DNA of 63,839 bases, the filler included, from Craspedostauros australis (lineage: Eukaryota), in the NCBI GenBank assembly GCA_030167865.1. It is 8 parts of 8 records of this genome, joined end to end, with 100 filler letters (N's around TTAATTAATTAA, not from the genome) between each part and the next. Parts side by side here need not be neighbours in the genome. Positions count along the whole stretch, not along the records: positions 1 to 12,315 come from JALAGF010004422.1; positions 12,416 to 18,511 come from JALAGF010004426.1; positions 18,612 to 20,699 come from JALAGF010004427.1; positions 20,800 to 23,787 come from JALAGF010004428.1; 4 more parts are not named here. One strand, written 5' to 3'. Position numbers and translations under genes: made by a program. A model generated the notes under the pieces. The model was not told where the DNA came from. It saw nothing but the letters and a program-made list of their open reading frames with translations, and did no database searches. This document shows positions 10,896 to 21,411 of the stretch, piece by piece (position 1 is the first letter of the stretch; each line of letters begins with the position of its first letter).

Positions 10896-12315
10896 TCAGG
10901 CGTTCACAGTGTGCCCTGTTGCATCGGCAGACACGACACTGCCATTCACTCCATCAGGCATTCCTGCTGCAGCTCCACCTGATACCTCGTCCACTTTCAG
11001 GCGGAGCACATCATCACGACGTGGGGCATCCTCACCGTTGCGGGGGCGCACAGAGCCAGTCAGAGCTGTCATCTCCATCTCGACAGTGGGGATGGAGCTC
11101 CCAGCACTGCTGGATTGAGAAGAGCTCCAGACTGGGTCGGGAACACCACCACCAGGCAACCCGCTGGAGCTGTGGGCAGCCAGGGATGCATTGGTGTGAG
11201 CTTGAAGGAGCTGCGCCTCAAGCTCAGCCAGCCGGGCCTGCACATGCTGCTCACGAGCATGAGCTTCGTTGCGCATGGCCTCGAACTGGGTTCGAGCTTC
11301 ATGCTCAATCCGGGCCTTGGCCTGAGCATCAAGCTGGGAGCGCTCTTTTGCTGCGCGCAAGAGAGCCTCGCATTCCGCCCGTTCCTTGCGAGCTAGCTCT
11401 TGCGCTCGAGCAACTTGGGCTGCAGCCTCGCGCTCCATCTGCTGGCGGATCGCAGCAGTCTGTGCAGCAGTCTGGGCAGCATTCTGATTGGTTGCAGGAG
11501 GGCTGGCAAACCCGCCACCAGAATTGGGAATCGGAGATCCGAACGGAGCAGGATGATGGTTGCCGCTGGCGCCACCTGGTTGGGTTGGAGCAGGATGGCC
11601 AAAGGGGTGGGGCCCGAATCCTTGTGCGGTTGGAGCTGCAGGCAAAGGCATGGTGGGATTGAAGGAGTACACCATCCCATCCAAGCCGCGGACGCCACGA
11701 CGACCAGCCGTCCCGAATTGCTGCTGATTGAAGCTCTCTTGGAAAAAGCAAAATGTCACCAGCGTGGTGGTGCCGAGATAGTTCTCAACTATCTCAAAGT
11801 TGGGCTCCTCGAGGTCCTTGGTCTTGACGTTGCGGAAGAGACTGTCAATCTTTCTTGGGAGACTGAACTGGCAGCTGACGACGAGCTCGCCTGCATCGTC
11901 GGTGACCTTTCGAGCGAGATCCTGGAAATAATTTTTAGCTGCCGCAAGGCTTGTAGAAAACCCTTTGTCATAACCATAGACTCCGTAGATGCACTCTGCT
12001 GTGAAGTACATCTTTGGCACTTTGTAGGTCAGCTTCAGTGTCCATCCTTCATCCTCCGTAGATAGTGCCACAGAATCCGGATCCACCTTTGCGTCCAGGA
12101 CCACAAACATGTGAATCCCCTCACGGTAGCGCCCAGTTCCGTTTGCAGCTGTCAATGGATCGAAAGCACGTTCAGTGAATGATCCGAGCTTGACCATGTC
12201 CAGTGCAGGGCTCATGGCGCGATCTGCACTCCGGATTCCCATCTTGTTCATGGCATCCACGATGGTCTTGTCGTTGGGTGTGGCGTCGCGCTTGGGGGCA
12301 GGAGGAGGTGTTGGT
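10896..12315 (-). CDS. Hypothetical protein (at least 454 aa): globular N-terminal domain, Pro/Gly-rich linker, coiled coil; 5' end may run into the gap
   Basis: Long intronless ORF. An E/A/R/Q-rich heptad region suggests a coiled coil; family not recognised. Confidence 0.6.
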
Positions 12316-12359
12316 NNNNNNNNNNNNNNNNNNNNNNNNNNNNNNNNNNNNNNNNNNNN

Positions 12360-12371
12360 TTAATTAATTAA
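12360..12371. other. Artificial assembly linker TTAATTAATTAA within an N run (also 18556-18567, 20744-20755, 23832-23843, 55214-55225, 57760-57771, 62642-62653)
   Basis: The same 12-mer, with stops in all six frames, sits in the middle of about 100-bp N blocks seven times. Confidence 0.97.
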
Positions 12372-12415
12372 NNNNNNNNNNNNNNNNNNNNNNNNNNNNN
12401 NNNNNNNNNNNNNNN

Positions 12416-14152
12416 GACCGGATGGTCAGCCGTTGCAGAGTCGTCAAGTGGACGTTCCCGGTGTTGGACTGTTGGCATTCGGCACATTTCCGTACAAGAT
12501 CTTCACCAATTACACGGTGGCTGGAACTAGAAGCTACTCTCATCGATACAACATCCTTCCTCCTGTTCTTGCTCCTGGAGGTGCTCCTTTTGGGATCTCG
12601 CAAGGCTTCGATTTGTATGCAACATCGACCTTCGAGCTGGATGGGAGGTTCATCACCTTGCCATACCAGGCGAATAGCAACGCCACGGATGGCCTGTTCA
12701 CGGATGATGAAGTGACAGTGACGTACCAAGTTGGAAACGACACGCTCTTCGCCAAGACGATCCGCGACGTCACGCCTGGCACCTTTCTCACGACGAGTCA
12801 AACCTGTCTCAAGAAAGATTGCGACACCGTTCGCGAGTTGGCATCGATCTATCAAANCTTCCAGCATACNNCCTCGCAGGGGTGCACCAATCAACGCATC
12901 AGCGAACAGGAGTTCGTCGAAGGCATCGCGGCCACATACCAGCAATTCATGGTGCCAGAAACAGCCCGTGTCAGCGTGCCGATGGCGGATTCATCTCTGT
13001 CCGGCTCTTTTCCTGGCGAGGAGGAATGGTGCAAGGTACGATCACGATCACGTATATGCATGGATTGATTGCTGTCAAAGATATGGATCTGTGGTGGTTG
13101 CGAAGCAAAGGCGTGGCATTTTTTGGTTCGTTACATTCCTTTTCTTGCTCGCTCACTCATCCAATGATCTTCACTTCTTCGCCAATGCAGTTCGATCCAA
13201 ATTGCGCCACAAACCCATACCAAGANCCAACCACGCCNGTCAAACCAGGTGTCATCGCTGGATTCNCAATCGGCGGCGTACTCGNCTTCCTCATCGCAGT
13301 CTCCGTCGGAATATACGTCTACAACAAGCAGCAAGCAAAACGATACCGCACCGTCTTCGCTGCTCGTGTCGCACAGACCATGAGCATCCGCGTTCCAGCC
13401 AGGCGCATGGACGCCGTCGCATTGGCTCGCGAGTTCCAGAAGATCGATGCTCAAACTACCGCAGCCGACAGCAGCAACCGGCGTGCGAGTTCAGTGGGGA
13501 ACATCACAAAAGAAGGCATGTGGGAGTTTTTGAACTCTGGGAAGGCGGTCGAGATGAACCGCCATGACTTCGAGGCATTGTGGGCGGTGATGGATGCTGA
13601 TGGTAGCGGATATGTGGACTTTCTTGAGTTCTGCGCCTTCATGGGTCAAGTGAGTTCGATGATGTGTTCGACGTGGCGCTGTTCTGTTCTGTTCTGTTCT
13701 GTTCTGTTCTGTTCTGTTCTGTTCTGTTCTGTTCTATGCTCTGCTGTACTGTTCTGTTCTATGCTCTGCTGTACTGTGCTGTGTTATGATGCGTGCGTCG
13801 CATTGACAAGGTGCAACAAATGGCCCATTCAACCCCGCATCATTCTTCATGGCATCACGTCTTTGTCACTCATCCAACTACCCATCCACCGACACGTTAT
13901 CATCGTCCATTCATCATCATCATCATCATCATCCATTTTTCAAACCCGCAGTGCCACGAGGAATACGACAATGCTCGTGACGATCGCATGTTGATGGCGG
14001 AACGTCTGTCCCGTCGCTTCTCTCTCCGTTTGTCTCAGATTGAGGAGAACTCCGCGCAACAAGCAGCATCCGAGATCGAAGCTATCGCTGGTGTCGACGC
14101 AGATGCGGACGCAGACACGGACGCCAAAGCAGATGCAGGCGATTCCGTCTAG
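12416..14152 (+). CDS. Type I membrane protein with cytosolic EF-hand, copy 1 (5' truncated by gap); exons <12416-13035, 13191-13649, 13952-14152
   Basis: GT-AG introns in phase; TM segment GVIAGF.IGGVL.FLIAVSVGIYVY; canonical EF loop DADGSGYVDFLEF; near-identical to 21896-23523. Confidence 0.85.
13681..13785 (+). repeat. (GTTCT)n microsatellite in the intron of copy 1
   Basis: About 11 perfect units plus a degenerate tail; largely absent from the corresponding intron of copy 2. Confidence 0.9.
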
Positions 14153-14445
14153 AATGACACTGCACCCTCGTTTGAGTAGAGTGACTCTTTCGGCTTCCCT
14201 CCACTCCAACCATCGTGGTCTTCATCAATGCATAGAAGACATCGGAAAACACTCACATCCAGTTCACAGCAATGCATAGAGACGAGAGGCCACACATTCG
14301 AACACCATAGTGCATTCGTTCAAAAAGTACGAATCTATTATATTTAACACAATGTTATATACGCTACTCTCCTACTATTGATCCCTTCCGCGCAGATCAC
14401 CATGAGGAGAGCGGGCATTGTGACTGTAAGTTCACTGGTCACGTT

Positions 14446-16218
14446 TCATCCATAAGCATGTAAGAATCTCCCTCGCAGGAAGTAGAAGAGCACATTCGCT
14501 TGGAGGAGCTGCTGTTGTTCTTCCGCTTTCTCAACTTCAAAACCAACTTCTTTCAAGCACAGCGCGAGGATGCGGTTCTCAGCTGAGCCGGCATATGCAA
14601 AAATGTGTGGCCANAANGAGGNTGGCAGGGAGTTGGCATCCCGGGNAACAGGCAAGCGAGTGCCCNGCGAGGTGGCCAGTGACTGTGTTACATCAGCACT
14701 ATGTTGCGCCGCCCCACCATCGAGCATGGCCCGCCGCCCACATCGATTCAGATGGGTGTAGTACCGAATCGCCGTGTACGCTTCGAGAACATCACGATCG
14801 TGTGCCAATTCGCAACGGCAGCGAGACCGCTCTTCATGTCCGGCGCTGTCTATTTCGTGTAGCAAGACGCGGCAAAGGGACCAGTTCTGGCGCATACCCT
14901 GTGCTAGCGCCGCCCATCCGAGATCCTTGCTGAGCCTCGAGTTGAACATCAAATGCAATGATTCCAATCCTTGTATTTGTTGCATAGAGNNACCGAGGGT
15001 GTGNGCGAATGNGTCGCCCAGGAGATTGTCGGAGAGGATGAGTTCCTNGAGGCTGGTGTTGCAGACCAAGGATGTTGCCATCGATTGCGCCAATCCGTCG
15101 TGCAGAAAGTTGCCGGCCAGATTCAAGTACTGCAACGAGGCGTTGTGGGATAAGGCGCGGAAGAAGATGGCGTAGTAGTCCCGATCGTCCCACACGTCCT
15201 GATTGTGCAGATCGAGATGGAGAAGGGATGGCAGCGCACAGGACGACTGCGCCGATGATTGTTGGTTGCCGCTCAGAATATCCGCGATAGAATGAATGCT
15301 CTTGGGACCGATTAAGTTGTTGTCTAAATACAGGTATAGCAGGTGTTCCAACCGAGAGACTCCGGATGTCAGCAGATGCGCCATATGCTCATCATCCAGG
15401 CCGCAATAGGATAACCTCAGGCTCTGCAATTGAGTGAGATGAGCGATAGCCGCAGCCAGCTTGGACACGATGGCGGTCCGATCGTCTGGGTTGCATCGTG
15501 GCAAGTTGCTGGCGGAGAGATCCAACGACCGCAACGGAATCACGTTGTTGGATGCCATCGCTTGCACGTCGCTGTGCTGACTCTGATTCATGCATTGCAC
15601 TGCATGACTCTGCAAACTTTCGGCAAAGGCATTCACAATGGAATGCGATAGCTCGACGGCCAATTCCAGGTGCACCAGAGACTGATGGTGGCGGAAGTTG
15701 CGCACGACGCAGCACGCGACGGATGGGGTTGGATTCACCAGCACCAACTCCTTGATGATGATGGACGATCGCGAGCTCGCCGATATCGATGTTTCTGTGA
15801 GTGATGGTGCCTTCGAAGGGTCGTCCTTCAATCTCGTCTGCGGCTTCTGGGCCATTCGCTTCTGCGTGATTTTGGGTTGGCCATCTGTACTTGCGACAAA
15901 GACGAGGGACTGCAGCAACGAAATCAAGTGGCCTGTGCAGTGTGAGAAGGTCAGGCGCTTCCAATGGCGCTGGCATAGCAAGAGCGACCGCAGCGATGAT
16001 GCGATGGCAGCATCCACGTGCACCGCAGAGAGAAGCAGATGATCCCATGATCCCGAACTCAAAGAAGAAAATGAAGATGATGATGATGATGATGATGAAG
16101 GCGACAACCGCGATCGCGTTTGAGGCTGCCTGATGAGCTGGCAGCATCTTTCCAGCTTCTTGCAGATCGCCATCGACTGATTCAGCGATCCGTTGATGCA
16201 CAGCAGTCCCTCGCCCAT
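14446..16218 (-). CDS. RNI-like leucine-rich repeat protein
   Basis: Repeats LRSLDLSASNL, LQSLRLSYCGL, LLYLYLDNNLIG, LQYLNLAGNFL and LxELILSDNLLG. The C-terminal Y..LNR.GRR and WP.I...A....NVLFYFLRG tail resembles diatom LRR families. Start uncertain (ATG at 16218 or upstream). Confidence 0.85.
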   Translation of the reverse strand: MGEGLLCINGSLNQSMAICKKLERCCQLIRQPQTRSRLSPSSSSSSSSSFSSLSSGSWDHLLLSAVHVDAAIASSLRSLLLCQRHWKRLTFSHCTGHLISLLQSLVFVASTDGQPKITQKRMAQKPQTRLKDDPSKAPSLTETSISASSRSSIIIKELVLVNPTPSVACCVVRNFRHHQSLVHLELAVELSHSIVNAFAESLQSHAVQCMNQSQHSDVQAMASNNVIPLRSLDLSASNLPRCNPDDRTAIVSKLAAAIAHLTQLQSLRLSYCGLDDEHMAHLLTSGVSRLEHLLYLYLDNNLIGPKSIHSIADILSGNQQSSAQSSCALPSLLHLDLHNQDVWDDRDYYAIFFRALSHNASLQYLNLAGNFLHDGLAQSMATSLVCNTSLXELILSDNLLGDXFXHTLGXSMQQIQGLESLHLMFNSRLSKDLGWAALAQGMRQNWSLCRVLLHEIDSAGHEERSRCRCELAHDRDVLEAYTAIRYYTHLNRCGRRAMLDGGAAQHSADVTQSLATSXGTRLPVXRDANSLPXXXWPHIFAYAGSAENRILALCLKEVGFEVEKAEEQQQLLQANVLFYFLRGRFLHAYG

Positions 16219-16619
16219 CTTGGAGTTGCGTGGAAGTGGCAGTAGTTGGTGGGATGGTGATGGCGATGGTGATTGTGATGGAGTACGACTATGGAGGTGG
16301 TGCTTGTGGGGATTGCGAACCTTTTGGTTGCGGAGATCGACGATGGCGGGAGACCGAAACACGACTCGATGATTCCTGGAACGATGATGGAGCGATGAAC
16401 AACTCGCAGGGTCCATGAACAAAGGTCGAGGCCAACACGACAAACCCACATCAACAAGGAGGAAAGTATCGGGCAGGTGGGGCAGATGGTATCGATTGTC
16501 TGTATGGAAACTACGCATGCCTGTTTTGTGAATTGGACTAGAATAGAATAGAGTAAGGAAAAATGGATTCAATTGCTGTACGCACATAGGGCCACGTAGC
16601 CTTCAGTGCCATCATTCGC

Positions 16620-17455
16620 GTGCTGGTGTTGGATTTCTATGTCGATCAGTATCTCAATGGATGGGAGGGTGATCATTAGGACTTCGGAGTTTGCCTTGAT
16701 TGGTTACTGTTCGTCGTCCTGTCCACACAAGAAGACGGAATCTGTCCAGTTCCCAGTTTAGAAGGACTTGAGTCGGTCTTCTCCAATGCTGATGTTGGTC
16801 CTCTTGTGGCTGCTGTGTTTGTGTTCATTCTCTTGCCTCTTTCGCTTCAACTGTTGTCTCAGCTGTTCTTGTTGTTGCCATTCTCTTGTTCGTTTTGTTG
16901 TAAGTGTTGCTGCAGTTGTTGCAGTTGTGGGTGAGCTGAAGGCGAAAGTCCTCTGATGAGGAACTCCATACACTCCAGCTGTCCATCGCGGCATGCCGCA
17001 TGAAAGGGAGTCCAACCATGTCTGTCTTCGCAGTTGGTGTTCGCCCCACAGAATTTGATGAGGTACTCGATACACTCCAGCTGGCCACCAAAGCATGCCC
17101 AATGAAGGAGAGTGTCACCACTGTCATCTTTGCAGTTGACGTCAGCCCCACATGTTCCGATGAGGTACTTGACACACTCCAGGCGGCCGTTGAAGCATGC
17201 CTCATGAAGGGGAGTGTCACCACTGTCATCTTTGCAATTGATGTTGGCCTCACATGATTCGATGAGGTACTTCACACACTCCAGGTGGCCGTTGAAGCAT
17301 GCCTCATGAAGGGGAGTCCAACCAAAGCTGTCTTTGACCTTGTTGACATCAACTTCTTCATGCTGCGTCTTGTTCTGCTTCTTCCATTCCTTCAACACCG
17401 ACAAGTCACCTTCCTTGGCAGCATCAATGAGTTGTTGGTTGGTAACACTCGGCAT
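16620..17455 (-). pseudogene. Ankyrin-repeat (4 repeats) plus decayed BTB gene; paralog of 57816-59714
   Basis: The N-terminus NQQLIDAAKEGDLSVLKEWKKQ is shared with the paralog. In a shifted frame, TNISIGEDRLKSF*TGNWTDSVFLCGQDDEQ*PIKANSEVL matches the paralog's BTB start, with two in-frame TAA stops. Confidence 0.85.
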
Positions 17456-17849
17456 TTTGAGAGATGGTCGATGGTCGATGGTTGCTTGACGATTGACGTT
17501 GGACGTTGGATGATTTACGTTGGATTGGCTGTTGAGGAAGCGCGTAGTCTGAGCTACCTATGGCAGAGATATCGATGGTGTGTCTTCAATAGCTTGTAGT
17601 AGTACGCGTATCATACACTGCGTGATGAATAGTCGTATGAGTGGCAATTCGATGTCTGTACTAAGAAGACCATGAGTGAGTGAATTGGTGTTGTTTGCCA
17701 AGAATTCTGAGAACTTGTCGATGAGCTTGGAGTGTCCGAAACTTGCCACTGAGCTGTGGCTCGCTCGGGAGTCTTCTGTGTTCGGCTCACATCTTTTGGG
17801 TTCGTGAGTCCGACTAGTGAGTCACTAGCGGGAGTGGAAATAGCAGTCT

Positions 17850-18511
17850 GGGACACCCGGAAAAAATTAGGTCGAATTAGTCAAAACGCGATTTGACTGA
17901 TCCAGCCAATCAAAGCATGTTGTGTTGACAATGACAACCGTTTCTGCGAAAAGAACGTTCTCGACTCTTACTTTCGTTCTCAGGAACTCTTCGTGGGTCA
18001 CAGACGCCAATTTCATTTAAGGGGTATTTGAGGAAAACTCCGAAAATGACCTCCACACGCTTCGTCTCGATTTATTCCCGGGCAATCGTGCCACAGAGAT
18101 ACCCTTGATTTATTTAGACGCCATTCGAATTTATTAGTCGTCATTTGAAATGTTTAGACGGCATCGATTTAAATAGTCTCGTCATTTGATTTATGTAGAC
18201 ACCATTTGAATTATTTAGACTTCATTCGAATTAAATAGTCGTCATTCGATTTATTTAGATTCTGGATTTTCGTGTCATTGATATTGACGGGACTCGATCA
18301 AGCAGGCAAGCGGTATTGATGTCCTTTTGTATTTCTCCGGACTAGGACCAACAGACTTTCATGCGATGTTTTTTGAAAGAAGATTCGTTCTTTGTCAATG
18401 GCGAAATGTCGAATGTGGCTTTCTCGTGTCTGGGTGACAAAATCGTTCTTGGGTGTCGAATTAGTCGTACTAGTCGAGTTTCCGTTTCCTTTGCTTTTTG
18501 CTGGGTGTCCC
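17850..18511. mobile_element. Non-autonomous DNA element (MITE-like) with GGGACACCC terminal inverted repeats
   Basis: GGGACACCCGGAAAAAA versus rc GGGACACCCAGCAAAAA (15/17). AT-rich interior, GTCGAATTAGTC near both ends, right end at a contig break; TSD cannot be checked. Confidence 0.6.
18105..18260. repeat. About 19-20-bp degenerate tandem repeat (CATTCGAATTATTTAGACG-like)
   Basis: About 8 imperfect units visible. Confidence 0.75.
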
Positions 18512-18664
18512 NNNNNNNNNNNNNNNNNNNNNNNNNNNNNNNNNNNNNNNNNNNNTTAATTAATTAANNNNNNNNNNNNNNNNNNNNNNNNNNNNNNNNN
18601 NNNNNNNNNNNTCCTCGCCAATGCCATGCACACTCGCCCTATCGCTCAATGCCCGTTCTCGTCA

Positions 18665-18695
<31 letters not shown>

Positions 18696-18716
18696 TGTTG
18701 TTGTTGTTGTTGCTGA

Positions 18717-20699
18717 ATGGCCCACCTATCATTGCATGCTCTCCGTTCGTCACTTCGTCTCACACCAGTGCAGTTCGTCACATCCAACAAGCAAACCACA
18801 CTACTCCACAGAAACAACTGCATCATGCCTTTCTCTACCACCGCCAAGGCCCTCTCCAAGGATGGCAACCCCTCCCCNAGTAAGAAACCTCGCGCTCACC
18901 CTGTGTCTGCTCCTCCTGTCGATTCGAAGGGGGGATTGCTGCCTACTGCTGAACAACTGTTGCCTGACAAGCCGTCCGCTGCGTTGAGGAAGCCAAGCAC
19001 CATCACGCAAGTGATCGATGTGAAGCCAATACTCGCAGCGGATGGCAGCCTCGTCCCGAACGCCACGCATGCGCACACTCGCGAGCTGCATGTGTACATT
19101 CACATCCTCCACGACAATGGAGGCGTCTTTGATGACTCCAACGTCAAGGTGCGATCGGAGGGACGAGGTGTCGGCGATGGGGCTACAGTGAGCGTTATCG
19201 TGAACGCGCCCTCCCTGCCTGCTGCAGCTGATGTTGCACCCCCTGTGAAGCCTACCCCACCAGGGAGGCTTCCCCAGCATTGCAACACTGTTGTTGCTGG
19301 GGGATACGCAGATCCCTCTATTGACAGCGACAGCACGTTCGTTGATGATGAGGAGGAACAGACGCGCGCCGGCTGGGGCAGGAGGGGCGGCAAGCTCAGG
19401 TGTGATCTGGAGGAGGAGGAGAGTTGGAGGCGTGGTGCCATCGTTCGTGCGATGGCGGCGCTTGGGTCTAACCTAGATCCAAAACTGTTGCTGCTGATGC
19501 CGAAAAAAGGGTTTGTTCTCACAGGCANGCACGATCGGACCATCTGGAGCTACATCAAACAGATGTGGAGTGTCGTATCATCTGCACTTTGGACTGTCCT
19601 GCTTCCAGAAGAGGACGTGCCAACTCTTCAAATGGAACAGGTGGTTGCATACGTACGTGCCAACATGGAGGTTCCTCCAACAATGTTAGCATCTAACCTC
19701 TACACCCTATGCTTGCTCGGAGAATCTACGTCATCCCAAACAGCGAGAGCCACTTTGGCCGAGTCTGCGTCAGATGCACTGTGTACTGCTATTCTTGCTA
19801 AGCACGCACATGGACTATCGGAGGAACAGAAGGCGCGCATGCTCCCGAAACGCGACATCATCACGCACAGCCAGGCTTGCACTTTGCGTCGCAACTACGT
19901 CATGTTGAGCCACGGCCAAAGCATCCCGCCGCGAGTTCTTCAGTACCGTGTGCGTGCCTGTGATCTCTCCGGTGTGGTTTCCTTCCTCATGACCACGACT
20001 ACATACAAGGCAGGGTTTAGTCACATGGTATAGTATGGTGGGGTTCAATTCGAAAATGTCCCAGTGTTCGATCGAGGTGGCACGACCATCCAAGAATTAT
20101 TCGACATGTACGCGCCTACCACCAATACTCCGGTTGGAATGCCCACGTTCACCACCATTACTCACCTACTCACACACAAAAGCAAGATCAAGACAGGGCT
20201 TTCTTCCTTTGAGAGCTACTTCTGGATGGCCACGGAGAAACTCAAACAGGCAATTTCGCGCCTAGTAGACCTACTGAAGGCTAAGTATGAAGCAGACAGG
20301 GAGGAACAAAACGATGCCAATGACAAGAGCNNNNNNNNNNNNNNNNNNNNNNNNNNNNNNNNNNNNNNNNNNNNNNNNNNNNNNNATTCTCTCTTGCATG
20401 CACTCGAACTGCTTGTTGTGTTCCTCAAATGGGAGTTCACCGCCTCCCACATGCAGCTTCAGTGCGACGATCCAATGCATTCGGCCATGTTCGCTCTCAC
20501 CACCAAAAAGGCGAAGAAGGGAGCAGCCACATCAACCAACGAACGCAAACCACGCACCAACAAGCACAAGAGCAAGAAGAAAACCACTGTCACAAATGAC
20601 ACTTCTCCCACCACTGCAAGCAAACAACCACGTAAAGTATGCAACCGTTGTGGCGCAGCAATGCGATTTGTGGATGATCGTTTTGTTCCTTTTGTCACA
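18717..20699 (+). pseudogene. Probable Sola3-like DNA transposase N-terminal region; one in-frame stop, 3' end in gap
   Basis: ORFs 18717-20033 and 20064 onward share a frame across TAG 20031-20033. The pattern V.SFL...GG..FEN.P...R....LF..Y...TF..I...LT.....GL...FLK....H.......H...FAL...C..C resembles Sola3 transposases as recalled, not searched. Confidence 0.5.
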
Positions 20700-20904
20700 N
20701 NNNNNNNNNNNNNNNNNNNNNNNNNNNNNNNNNNNNNNNNNNNTTAATTAATTAANNNNNNNNNNNNNNNNNNNNNNNNNNNNNNNNNNNNNNNNNNNNC
20801 ATCATCAGATTCCCTGAATCTGGCAGTCAACTAGGCCATCCCTTCCGGATCGTGTCACAACAGCACACGAAAATCCAACTGGTGTGATCAACAAGAGTCG
20901 ATTC

Positions 20905-21050
20905 ATTCAGTCGTGATTGATATTGTTGGGAGGTTGGGCAATCATAGGTATCATGACAAAGTCATACCCACGATTCCTTTCAGTCGTGATTGATGGTATT
21001 GGGAGGTGCGTCAACCATGTATATCGTGACAAAGCCATACCCACGATTTT
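20905..21050. repeat. Diverged tandem duplication of about 73 bp
   Basis: TTCAGTCGTGATTGAT...GGGAGGT...TGACAAAG.CATACCCACGATT occurs twice in tandem. Confidence 0.8.
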
Positions 21051-21411
21051 CGACATCCATTTCAAAGCGCAGATCGTCTTGTTCCATGGGCTCTCACATT
21101 CATTGTCCCACTCGTNCAATTTCTCTTCACCTGGTGTGCTACTGACATGCTGCTGATCTTCATGGGGTGTGTCNCTGGCTTGTTGTTGTTCTTCATGCAG
21201 TTTGAGAGCACCTGTGATTCTCGACAGACACATACACACTCTACTCGTGCAACTACGATGATGATTGGAAAGCCACGGTACCATACATGCTCATGGCAGA
21301 TACGGATTCATGGTGCATCTTTCATTGATGTCATAATCTCGTCTTCTTCCACACATCAATCAACGGCTGCCGACCAACTCGCAACTCGAAACTCACAACA
21401 GCGCTCACACC

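Noticed and set aside
12316..12415. TTAATTAATTAA palindromes recurring seven times
   Set aside because: Always centred in about 100-bp N blocks with stops in all frames, so an assembly linker rather than biology or piggyBac footprints. ORF ends at these sites are artefacts.
20907..21050. AQPPN resembling the mariner QPPNSPDLN motif
   Set aside because: The catalytic-motif residues are not preserved and no other transposase blocks are visible; kept only as a tandem duplication.
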